From: Nymphaea colorata
Taxonomy: Eukaryota
Direction of reading: 5' to 3'
Length of the DNA: 64,000 nucleotides
Assembly: GCF_008831285.2 (NCBI RefSeq)
Contig: NC_045138.2
Coordinates: 9,672,001-9,736,000, forward strand
Shown: in pieces, positions 39,136 to 49,946 of the stretch
Layout: each line of letters opens with the position of its first letter
Position numbering within the stretch: the stretch's first letter is position 1
The notes under the pieces: generated by a model
What the model was told of the DNA's origin: nothing
What the model saw: only the letters and a program-made list of their open reading frames with translations
The model's database searches: none
Position numbers and translations under genes: made by a program

Positions 39136-39843
39136 CTTTGTCACAAATATTGGTGAGGTTTTCCTTGGGAATTAATGAAGAAGTTTATTTCTCTTGGAAA
39201 TCTAAGGAGTTCAAGAAATTTATAAAAAATGAAAAGTTAGGATTTCTGCTAATTTTTTTTACAAAATATTAACATAATTCAAAATAGCTAATAATGTTAA
39301 TGAAATCTCAAAGAAATAAAATATATAAAAGTATCTTTTAAAAAAGGGGATACACATGAAAAAATGTGATAAACTCATTTTGGTGTGTTTTGGAAATATC
39401 ACAATGATCAAGTAAGGAGTTCAAGAAATTTATAAAAAATGAAAAGTTAGGATTTCTGCTAATTTTCTGTACAAAATATTAACATAATTCAAAATAGCTA
39501 ATAATGTTAATGAAATCTCAAAGAAATAAATATATAAAAGTATCTTTTAAAAAAGGGGATGCACATGAAAAAATGTGATAAACTCATTTTGGTGTGTTTT
39601 GGAAATATCACGATTATCAAGTACGTTTATTTGCTTTACTATGACATTATATATTCATTTAACTTTACTATTACTATTACTTTTAGTATATAAATTTATG
39701 ATTATGTTTGATGCTGATCAACAAAGAAATGAATTGGTTCTTCGTTTTTCTAGGTTTCCTTTGCCTTCCTTTTCTTTTGTTTACGAAAAAAGTTCTGATT
39801 GTGTGTGTGTGTATATATATATATCTATATATCTATCTATCTA

Positions 39844-39891
<48 letters not shown>

Positions 39892-40363
39892 CGTAACCAT
39901 AGATATCACAATATTTTTGAAAATATCACAATATGAAAGAAAAGTGAAAATAAGGAAAAATGCACAATATTTTTAAAAAATATTAAAAATCAATTTATAA
40001 CATTTTTGTCATGATTTTATCATTTTTTTTTTGTTTTTTTCTCAACTTTTGTTTCTTTTTTACGTATTTAACGCATTGCCATAGATCTAGATTTTCGAAA
40101 ATCTCATGATATGAGAAAAACAAGTAAAATGAAAATATCAGGAAAATTTTGGGAGATTTTGAAACTCTCATGAATATCTCGTGAATTTCTTGCAAAATTT
40201 TGACGATTTTGTTGTTTTTTATTTTTTAATAATTTTTAAGGTTTTTTATTGTTTCAAATGAATTAAATCTGCCGAGATTTTTCCTGAAATTTTCTTGAAG
40301 AAAACTTTGCCAAAAACACCTGAGAAAAACCTTGCCAATATTTTCCGAATATTTTTGACAATG
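39136..40363. mobile_element. Putative AT-rich non-autonomous DNA transposon with an internal ~210-bp tandem duplication (39203-39621)
   Basis: Imperfect TIRs are CTTTGTCACAAATATT and CATTGTCAAAAATATT. The TSD is not convincing. Confidence 0.45.
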
Positions 40364-41521
40364 ATTTAACTTGATCTCTTAGATGTTGTATATTAATATT
40401 GCTTATTACTTTACCTTACCATTTTATAATTTTAAATTTTTAACTAGACATTTTTTATGTCTTATTAGTTTTTCATTTATTTTATGTTTTTTTTGTTTTT
40501 CATATGATTTTTGAGATTTTCTTGACAAAACAATTTTGTCATAAATACCCGAGAGTATCAGATTTTTCCCTTTTTCTTTGGAGAGATTTTTTTTTGAATA
40601 TTAAGTCTTTTGGATTATGATGATTTTTTAAAGAAACTTAGGAAAAACATATAATGTTCACATTTTTTTATGTTAAAATTTTCTGTGCTTGAGAGATTTT
40701 CTCAAGGAAAACAAACTTTTCGTTTATTATTGAAGAAAAGAATCACCATTCAAAGCCCTAAAACTGTATTTTGATTACGTTGTATTTGTGTGCACACATA
40801 TTTTGAAAAATAGTGATTCTGTTTATCCTTAGTCACCCAATTCGCTCACAATGACCGCCTGATCCATTGTGATTGACAATTAAGAGGCAAACAAGGAGAA
40901 AAAGGGAATGAACATTTTCATCATCTAATAATAGTTCATGCTTTTTTTTCCTTGTTTTTTTCTCAATCGTCCATCACAACAGTCCAAATGACCCTCGTGA
41001 ATGAGCTGGCTAGCTTTGGATAGCTACAAATCACCATTCTCTGACTCTATATATGTTGTATATGTGAGAGATCTTGGAAACCTGACCTCTCTCTTTGTTT
41101 TTTCTTTTAAGAGCACCTGATGTTGCCTAGGCCCATGCACTACTCTCTGCTTATGCGGTGCAGACAACTGTTAAGTATGTATACTGGGAATAGTGCAAAT
41201 AAATTCTCATATTTATCAATTCTGGGCTTTGTCTTACAATCAAACTTTTTGAAATTGCTCCCCAGTCTCACCAGGTTTTCACTTCCTCCCATGTCTCTGT
41301 GTGCACTCATCCATGTTACTCAGATATTAAGAGATGCTGAATAGAACTTCCCTCCTGTGTACTTGTATAGTATCTTCATGCTTTAGATCCTTATGCAAGT
41401 TTTTTTGTTTTTTGTTTGTTTTTTTTATTTTTTGCTGTCTCTACAGGAAATTTGCTGAGTCATATGACTTACCATGTGAAGTCTTTCACTTTGTTCTTAA
41501 TTTGTAATGTTCTGTCAACAG

Positions 41522-41623
41522 ACTGGAGCAATGAGACTAGGAAGAAATGCCCTTGTCATTAGCCAAGCATCAAACTCAAGATCACTAGCCTTGCTCTCAC
41601 AAGCTTTCAATGAAGATAAAAAT
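41522..41623 (+). CDS. MORC: MORC exon 7 (TGAMRLGRNALVISQ..)
   Basis: Bounded by cag| and |gtatgc. Completes GFK-TGAMRLG. Confidence 0.95.
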
Positions 41624-41700
41624 GTATGCATTCATGGCCTTTCTAAATTTTGAGTTCGTTTGTTTTCAAGATTTGGTGACACAAAGGTTTGCTACTACAG

Positions 41701-42000
41701 GATTTTGAGATTCCTATTGTCAGTTATGCAAGGCAAGGTAACTTCATGGACATAGATACCAACATCCAGACAGAAGCAGAAGCCACTGCTCATTTAAAGT
41801 CTATTAAGGAGTTTTCACCATTCAATGAGTATTTTATTGGGGAGAAGTCTGCACTTTTTGGGAAGAATGGGACTGGAACACAAATATACATATGGGACCT
41901 CGATAAATGGGGGTCAGACTATAGTTTAGAGTGGACCTGTGATGACATAATGATTAGGTCTAAGCGCGTCAGAACACGAGCTGGGCAAATAAGCAATGAG
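41701..42000 (+). CDS. MORC: MORC exon 8 (DFEIPIVSY..SIKEFSPF..GTQIYIW)
   Basis: Bounded by cag| and |gttagt. Confidence 0.95.
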
Positions 42001-44496
42001 GTTAGTTCTAATATTTTGTATGTTGTTGCAAATTGGGTATCTACTGCTTCATTGTTGCATTGACATTTATCATGTGGGCATGTGTTTTATTCATTTCATA
42101 TGGTGGATGTTTTCCCCAGCTTTTTTTTGTCTATAAAGTCAGAAGCTATTGTTTTCATTGTATAATCTGACCAAAAGTGATCAAAGCGCGTGATGCTAAC
42201 CAGCGTCATAGCAAGATTCAGTTTCATACCTAGAAAGTCTGGTAATAAATCAAGACATAAATTAATATAAGAATCAAGCATATATGGCCATCTCTCAAAA
42301 TCTTTCTTATAAGGCTATTGCTAAGTAACTACCCATATTTGATGTTTTATAATTTGCTCTCCCTTAAGGAATGGTATCCTCGTAGCGTTACATCTGAGTT
42401 TTAAACATTACCCTTAACGCCTATAATGACCTGGTCCAAAGTTTATGTGAATCCCAATTTGACAGATCCCAATGCCTTTTAGACCTAGATCCGATTTAAC
42501 ATTCAAAAGGACGTAACTTTCAAAAGGTAGTACTATGTAATGACCTCCCTCACCTAATGTTGCATTTTCTAGCCTACTGGCTAGGGGTTAGCTTGCCTGG
42601 CGAACACAAGTCAGTTGGACTGGTTGGCTGTCAGTGGAATTGTGATAAAGTGGGAGAGGGGTGGCGTAGCGTGGAGCCGGTCTCGAAGAGGACGGCGAGA
42701 GAAAGAGAGGAGAGGGGGAGGCACCAAAAACTTATTTTTTTTGTTTTTTTTTTGCATAATGAGAAATGACAAGGTTCAACCCCTTTTATAGAGAGGGACG
42801 CACAACACAAGGAAGAAACCACCAATAAAATGAAGCAAATTCGAGTAAGGCATCCTTAGTGGCTAGAGTGATGTGACACCTAGAAAAAAGCTAGATTTGG
42901 CCCTTGCATTGGCTGATTTGAGATGTGCAGCTCCTTTTTAGGGGCTTTTCGGAAATTGGGGGGGGGGCACAAATGAGATTGCGCTCTAGTTGGTGTTGAG
43001 TAGGGCCCACTCCTTTGAGGCGGCTCCTAGGTGTTTGACAATTATTAGGCACAAGTGGGGCCTCCTGCTGAAGTGGCAGTCCGTGCGGGTGTAGGTGTGT
43101 GTCTAGCATGTAGAAGAGTGTGCCACCATGCTCTAAAGTAAGACTGACCCCTCCTCGTGCACATGCGGCTCAGCCAAAGGTGTGCTATCGAATGTGGCTG
43201 ATTATTGGTCTCTTGTAGGGCTCGAGGTGGCTCGGCCTAGGTAACTATTCGGTTTTAGGCTGAGCTCTTGTGCTGCAACCTCTGGGGGCAAGCGAGACCG
43301 GCCGTAGGGTCTCAGCTGTGGCCTGGCTGTATAGTAGTGCACCAGTTGAGAATACGGCTACTGTTGAGGCCTATGTTGTGGACTTAGCCTCCTTATGAGG
43401 CTGAGACAAGTGCTGGAGATAGTAGAAGGAAGAAGGGGTACATGAAGGGGTTGACCCTTTGCTGATGTCTCTATCAGATAACCTTCCTGAAAGCATTGTC
43501 TGGTGCTTGCCGGGTGTGGTCGATGGTGGCCGAGCTAAGGGGTGATGAAATGGATGCAGGCCAAGGTGGGGCTGCATCACCCAGCCATGTTAAACCCAGA
43601 TCCCTACCTTGGGCACCTTACATGTCCCAAGCTTGCTCCCCATCCATCTTTGCAACCTTGCATTGGTGTTCAGTCTGTACGTATAAGTGTAAGGGGATCG
43701 GGTCTGGATTGGGTCTGTTCAGACCCGATCCACTTTGTTTTTATGTTTTCACGCCTAAGTGGTGGCATCTCTTGTAATTACTTGATGTTTTATTCCTCTT
43801 TTTGTTGTAACCTAATTAGGTTTATGTTTTAATAATAGAGATCAAGTATCGTGTGGCTGTATTGGCCGACGGTTCTCTTACCTTCATTGCTTTCTTCTAT
43901 TCTCTATTCTCCGTCCTCCTTATTTTCAGACGGAGAGACTGATTCGGTGGTGTTTTAGTGAAGATTCTCACATGGTATCAAAGCCAGGTTACATTGTCCT
44001 CCGGTGAGTGATTTCAGCTTGGAGTATTCTGCCCTAAATCTTATTTTCTGCCGTGCTTGGAGTATTCTGCCCTAAATCTTATTTTCTGCCGTGGTTATCC
44101 CCAAACTCTGTTTCTGCCCTTAATCCCACGATTTGCCCTAATTTCTGTTGCCCTAAATTCTGTTTTTTGCCCTAAATCACTCGATTTGCCCTAATTTCTG
44201 TCGTGACCTTTAAAATTCTGCCCACTCTAATCCTCTCTTTCAATCATGGACCAGCCGGCTCCCTCTCTTCTATCTTCTAGTTTTCTCTCACAACTCATCT
44301 CTAAAAAACTGAACCATAGTAATTATTTGACTTGGAAACGTCAAATTGTCCCATTTATTAAGAGCCATAGACTGTATGGGCACATCGATGAGACTACTCC
44401 AGCACCTCCAAAGTATGTTAACCGTGAAGTAAATGATAGAAATGTAGCACCAATATCTATAACCCGAAAACAGCACTCACGCAGGAAGATAGAGAT

Positions 44497-44532
<36 letters not shown>

Positions 44533-44842
44533 TGAAAACAAGAAGAAACTGAGGAGAAGAAGCCGTTGCCAAAATGGTTTGCACGGCCTCTATTTATAAT
44601 CCCATTTCCAGAATTCTAAGAGTCTCCAATCGTAGAATCCTAGGAGATTTCACAAGCTCCAAGGACATTAATTACATCATAGAAACCTAAGAGACTTCAC
44701 ATATTACAAGGATATTAACTACAACATAGAATCCTAGGAGACTCTTCACATGTTACAAGGACATTAAATATTTTAACACATTCTACAAGGAGGTGGAATC
44801 CTAAGAGACTCCTCTTCAACGTGCTGGTGAAGGATTTATATT

Positions 44843-47800
44843 TTAACACCCTCCCTCAAGTTGTGCATGGTTTTGCACCATGTACAACTTGCCTTTTAGA
44901 AACCAGAATCGTTCCTTTGTTAATCCTTTTGTAAATAAGTCTGCAACTTGTTCATCTGTACGAACATAAATAGGCTGAATCTCCTTGTCTTCCACCTTTT
45001 GTCTAACAAAGTGTTGATCAATCTCAATGTGCTTTGTTCGACCATGTTGTACGGGATTAAAGGCAAAGTTAATAGCGCTTTGATTATCGCACATTAACAT
45101 TGATGTTTTAATCTTTTCTCCAATGTCTTCTAGCAAATGTCTAACCCATGTAACTTCAGCAGTACCTGCAGCCATGCATCTGTATTCAGCTTCAGTGCTG
45201 GATCTTGCTACTGCCTTTTGCTTTCGACAACTCCAAGACACAAGATTACGTCCAATGAAAATACAAAAACCAGAAATGGACTTTCTTTGATCTGGATCTC
45301 CAGCCCAATCTGCATCTGTGAATGTCATAAGTTGATGTCCAGTAGTTATATTTTCACTCTTACCATAAACTAAGTCATCTCCTGCTGTCCCTTTAAGATA
45401 TCTTAATATTCTTTTGACAGCATCCATGTGAGTATCTCTAGGTGCATGCATAAATTGGGATACTTGATTCACGGCATATATAATATCTGGTCTAGTAAGT
45501 GTAAGATATTGAAGTGCCCCAACAATACTTCGATATTGCGTAGGATCTTCATATAACTCCCCATCTTGAGCACTTAGTCTTTGATTTAGAACACTAGGAG
45601 TTCCAACAGGCTTACAATCAGACATACCTGACTTTTTCAACAGATCCAACGTGTATTTCTGTTGTGTCAATGTGAGGCGATTATTGTGCCTATCAATCTC
45701 CACTCCAAGAAAGAATCGTAAATCACCAAGCTCTTTCATTTTGAAGTTTTGCATCATCAAAACTTTAGCTTCTTCTATGTGTTTTTCTGAATTGCCTGTG
45801 ATAACAATATCATCAACATATATAAGAAGTAAAGTAAATATGTTTTCCTTTCGATAAATGAAAAGAGAGTGATCTAGAGGACATCTCCGAAAACCACATT
45901 CTTGAATCTTGCAAGAGAAACTGTCAAACCACGAACGTGAGGCCTGTTTAAGTCCATAAATAGATTTTCTTAGTTTGCAAACCCATGCATGAGAGTCTCC
46001 TTTCGTGTATCCTGGAGGTTGTTCCATATATACTTCCTCCCTTAAATCACCATGAAGAAAAGCATTCTTCACGTCCATTTGATGTAGTCTCCATCCATAT
46101 TCAACTGCCAATGATATAATCACGCGAATTGTTCCCATTTTGATCACAGGGCTTAATGTCTCATCATAATCTTCTCCATATTGTTGTGTAAACCCTTTTG
46201 CTACTAACCTTGCTTTGTGTCTTTCTATGCTGCCGTCAGGTTTGTATTTAATTTTGTATACCCATTTGGAGCCCACTACGTTCTTTTCGTGTGGCCTTGG
46301 AACGATCTCCCATGTTCCACATTCATGCAAGGCATCCATTTCTTCTTTCATAGCCTTTCTCCAATGATGTGATTTTGATGCTTGATCAAATGAAGTAGGT
46401 TCTTCCTCCTTGCCAACTTTTGCCATGAATAACTGAAAATCAAGTGATAAAGAATCATAGCTAACCCACCTGTAAATGGGATGACGAATGCGTTGGGATC
46501 TTCTAAGGTGGGGCATGTTGTCTTCTTCACTGTGAGCATCTATGTCCCTTAGTCGTCGACTGTAGATAAGACCCGAATATCGATGTGCATCGTTGCTCTG
46601 TTCTTCATTATTGTTTTCGTGATGACTTGATGACTGTGTTGGATCTTCTTGATTTTCACTTTGAGCCATATCCGACGGTTGTATTGCTCTCTCTGAATCT
46701 TCACTTTGAGGCACATCATTTTCTATAACAGGATCTGCATTGAATAACTGTGTACTGGTCCAGGGATCATAAGATTCAATGGTCATAGGCATTTCATTTG
46801 TATTATCAAAACTATGTTCATCAAAAATGACATTTCTTGAAGTTTTGATACGTTTAGTTGTTGGATCATAGCATCGAAAACCTTTATATTCATCAGCATA
46901 TCCAACGAATCTACATTGAATAGCTTTGTCTTGAAACTTGTTCCTCAAGGCAGCATCAACGTGAACATAGCATACACAACAAAAAACCTTCAAGTTCTTG
47001 TAATCAGGTTGTTTGCCTAAGAGTGTAAAATATGGCGATTTAGACATCAAGAGTGTCATAGGCAAACAATTTATTATGTATACAGCAGTATGGAAGGCTT
47101 CAGTCCACAAGGAAATGGGCACATTAGTATCATGCATCATGCTCATGGCGCTTTCAACTATATGTCGATGTTTCCGCTCAACTACACCATTTTGTTGTGG
47201 TGTGTAAGGGCAAGAAATTTGTCTAGTTATCCCTTTTTCACGTAGAAATTCAATAAAATCAAGCGAGGAATATTCTCCCCCTCCATCACATTGAAAATGC
47301 ACCACATTGGATGAAAATTTAGTTTGAATCATGGCATAGAAGTTTTGAAATATGTGAGGTACTTCTGATTTGTGTTTCATGAAGTAAATCCAGGTGAAAC
47401 GTGAGTAAGAGTCAATGAATAAGACATAATATCTTGACCCAGACATGGAATCAATAGGGGCTGGCCCCCATACATCAGAAAAAATAGTTTCAAAAGGTTT
47501 GGAAGCCCTTTGATTTATATTATGGAAAGGTAAAACATGACTCTTACAAAGTCCACAACTTGAACATTTTTTGACACTTGAAGTAAGAGGTAAACTTGAT
47601 CTTGGAATGAGACTATCTGTGACAAGTTTTTCAATGAAATGTCGACCACAATGTCCTAGCCGACTATGCCACAAATCAGACTCCAAAAATTGGTTAGGGC
47701 CCCTTACTTTTGATTGAAAATGACAAGAACTTGGCACTGATGACGCATTATGAGAAAGAGAAAATGTCTTCAATCCTATATCAAAAGTGGATGAATCCTT

Positions 47801-49162
47801 GGGTAGACATTCCTTGAGGACGTACATATTCCCTTGACGCTCCCCTCTAGCGAACATTTTCTTCGTTTGGAGGTCCTTGACATAGACAGAAGAAGGTGTG
47901 AATTCAACAGAAGAGCTTGTATCATCAATGAGTTTAGAAATGGATATGATGTTCTTTTTGATATTGGGAGCAAGAACAACATTAGACAGTGATAGAGACG
48001 AGGATGACAATGGAATATGTGCATTTCCAATATGTGTAATAGGATGAGATTTTCCATCACCTGTTATAATGCAACTTCTACCGTAATGAGGGGATAAGTT
48101 AGTCAATTTACCTGCATTTCCTGTCACATGGGTAGCTGCACCTGAATCCAAGAACCATTCTCCCTGCTCATTTTGCTTTATAGTCATCTTTGAGAATGCG
48201 GCCATCAATAGCTGTTGCATATCTTCAGCGGTGGATTTAGAACTTTGTCCTCCTTGTTTATAATCATGTCTTACCCCTTTGTTTTTATTTTGAGGATTAA
48301 ACCAACATTGTGCCTTCATGTGTCCTTTCTTGTTGCACTGAAAACAAATTGGTATTTTTCTTGAAGTATCCAAAGGAGACATACCTTGGTTATGTGGTGT
48401 TGGTAGAATGCCACGACCACCATGGTTGGAGTTCCCATGGCTCTTACCAAACCTTACATTCATAGCCAACACATTTTGGGAGTTCCCTTGATCAGTCCTT
48501 TCAATGACTCTTTTCATATTCATTTCATGTTGGAGAAGTTTACCTTGTAGTTCGTTGAAGGAAGGCAGAACAGGAAGGACCTCAAGAGCTGTAATAAAAG
48601 CATGATAATCATGCCCTAGTCCATTCAAGGTTTGCTGCACCTTTTCCTTATCAGAAATGTTATTCCCTGAGGCAGCAAGTTGGTCTGCGACGGCCTTAAT
48701 ACGCCCCAAATAATCCATGATAGACGTTGAACCTTTGCTCAAATTCTGAAATTCTTTCTTTAAGTACATAATTCGAGCTTCTGATATTTGGGAAAAGGTA
48801 TCAGCAAGGGTTTCCCATAATTCTTCTGCAGTACAATCATCAGAAACTGAAAGTAACACTTGTTGAGATAAAGTGGACAAAATATACGCAACCAGACTTT
48901 GATCACGTCTCATCCACATAGCATGTTCAGGATTATTGTCTTCATGAACAACAATAACTTCTCCTGCCTCATTTTTTATTTCCTGTAAGACGGATATTGG
49001 TGGAGCCTTTGTTGAACCATCGAGATGTCCAAAGAGGCCTTGACTTCTTATGAAAGGCATGATTTGCCTTTTCCAGATCAGATAATTCTCATGGTTGAGT
49101 TTTTCGGTAATAAGGTGAGGAAGAAAACTTGAGGACATGCCAGAATGCGAAAGGTTTTCCAT
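44843..49162 (-). CDS. Copia gag-pol polyprotein, uninterrupted (~1439 aa from the Met at 49162)
   Basis: Motifs include the zinc knuckle CFQCNKKGHMKAQC, protease FLDSGA, integrase WHSRLGH/SDVWGP/CDGGGEY/VERKHR, RT YVDD and RNase H TDADWAG. Confidence 0.95.
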   Translation of the reverse strand: MENLSHSGMSSSFLPHLITEKLNHENYLIWKRQIMPFIRSQGLFGHLDGSTKAPPISVLQEIKNEAGEVIVVHEDNNPEHAMWMRRDQSLVAYILSTLSQQVLLSVSDDCTAEELWETLADTFSQISEARIMYLKKEFQNLSKGSTSIMDYLGRIKAVADQLAASGNNISDKEKVQQTLNGLGHDYHAFITALEVLPVLPSFNELQGKLLQHEMNMKRVIERTDQGNSQNVLAMNVRFGKSHGNSNHGGRGILPTPHNQGMSPLDTSRKIPICFQCNKKGHMKAQCWFNPQNKNKGVRHDYKQGGQSSKSTAEDMQQLLMAAFSKMTIKQNEQGEWFLDSGAATHVTGNAGKLTNLSPHYGRSCIITGDGKSHPITHIGNAHIPLSSSSLSLSNVVLAPNIKKNIISISKLIDDTSSSVEFTPSSVYVKDLQTKKMFARGERQGNMYVLKECLPKDSSTFDIGLKTFSLSHNASSVPSSCHFQSKVRGPNQFLESDLWHSRLGHCGRHFIEKLVTDSLIPRSSLPLTSSVKKCSSCGLCKSHVLPFHNINQRASKPFETIFSDVWGPAPIDSMSGSRYYVLFIDSYSRFTWIYFMKHKSEVPHIFQNFYAMIQTKFSSNVVHFQCDGGGEYSSLDFIEFLREKGITRQISCPYTPQQNGVVERKHRHIVESAMSMMHDTNVPISLWTEAFHTAVYIINCLPMTLLMSKSPYFTLLGKQPDYKNLKVFCCVCYVHVDAALRNKFQDKAIQCRFVGYADEYKGFRCYDPTTKRIKTSRNVIFDEHSFDNTNEMPMTIESYDPWTSTQLFNADPVIENDVPQSEDSERAIQPSDMAQSENQEDPTQSSSHHENNNEEQSNDAHRYSGLIYSRRLRDIDAHSEEDNMPHLRRSQRIRHPIYRWVSYDSLSLDFQLFMAKVGKEEEPTSFDQASKSHHWRKAMKEEMDALHECGTWEIVPRPHEKNVVGSKWVYKIKYKPDGSIERHKARLVAKGFTQQYGEDYDETLSPVIKMGTIRVIISLAVEYGWRLHQMDVKNAFLHGDLREEVYMEQPPGYTKGDSHAWVCKLRKSIYGLKQASRSWFDSFSCKIQECGFRRCPLDHSLFIYRKENIFTLLLIYVDDIVITGNSEKHIEEAKVLMMQNFKMKELGDLRFFLGVEIDRHNNRLTLTQQKYTLDLLKKSGMSDCKPVGTPSVLNQRLSAQDGELYEDPTQYRSIVGALQYLTLTRPDIIYAVNQVSQFMHAPRDTHMDAVKRILRYLKGTAGDDLVYGKSENITTGHQLMTFTDADWAGDPDQRKSISGFCIFIGRNLVSWSCRKQKAVARSSTEAEYRCMAAGTAEVTWVRHLLEDIGEKIKTSMLMCDNQSAINFAFNPVQHGRTKHIEIDQHFVRQKVEDKEIQPIYVRTDEQVADLFTKGLTKERFWFLKGKLYMVQNHAQLEGGC

Positions 49163-49385
49163 GATAGCAGAAAGGAATGGTATATAGGTAGAAGATGAGA
49201 GGGAAAGAAGACACGATATAACAAGATGTGTCCTTGGGTAAGCAAGAAGAAAAAGGAACAAGAATTGCGCAAGAGAAAAGTAAATTCAGGATAGAGACAA
49301 GATGAGAAAAGAATTCTAACCAGATCAGACCTGTTTGGGCATTTCGTTTGGTAGAGATAACGTAGCCTGGCGCTCTGATACCATG

Positions 49386-49427
49386 ATAACCCACAGGTCA
49401 CAGGATCGAAACCTGTCTCTGATACCA
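49386..49427 (+). other. Copy of the 3' half of initiator tRNA-Met (anticodon loop to CCA) forming an extended PBS
   Basis: The sequence ataacccacaggtcacaggatcgaaacctgtctctgatacca has the iMet-type T-loop ATCGAAA and terminal CCA. A second PBS lies at 49372-49383. Confidence 0.9.
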
Positions 49428-49490
49428 TGATAGAAATGTAGCACCAATATCTATAACCCGAAAACAGCACTCACGCAGGAAGATAGAGAT

Positions 49491-49526
<36 letters not shown>

Positions 49527-49946
49527 TGAAAACAAGAAGAAACTGAGGAGAAGAAGCCGTTGCCAAAATGGTTTGCACGGCCTCTATTTATAATCCCATT
49601 TTCAGAATTCTAAGAGTCTCCAATCGTAGAATCCTAGGAGATTTCACAAGCTCCAAGGACATTAATTACATCATAGAAACCTAAGAGACTTCACATATTA
49701 CAAGGATATTAACTACAACATAGAATCCTAGGAGACTCTTCACATGTTACAAGGACATTAAATATTTTAACACATTCTACAAGGAGGTGGAATCCTAAGA
49801 GACTCCTCTTCAACGTGCTGGTGAAGGATTTATATTTTAACAGTAAAGAAGACAGTCGTGGGAGGTAAAGGTGCGGGGGCCTCGGTTGGAAGTGAAATCA
49901 GTTTTGAATACGAAACTCTTCCTGAGAGCAATCCCAAATATGAAGT

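Larger units (their letters stand above)
44434..49842 (-). mobile_element. Inner full-length young Ty1/Copia element
   Basis: The 415-bp LTRs at 44434-44848 and 49428-49842 show one visible mismatch. The TSD is gtaaa, the PPT ttgagggaggg, and a Met PBS is present. Confidence 0.97.

Noticed and set aside
49163..49261. N-terminal 33 aa of the 1472-aa ORF
   Set aside because: The start is non-ATG and lies in the leader. The Met at 49162 aligns with the start of the sister element's gag.
49386..49427. Functional tRNA-Met gene
   Set aside because: Only the 3' half is present, CCA is encoded, and it sits exactly at a retroelement PBS.
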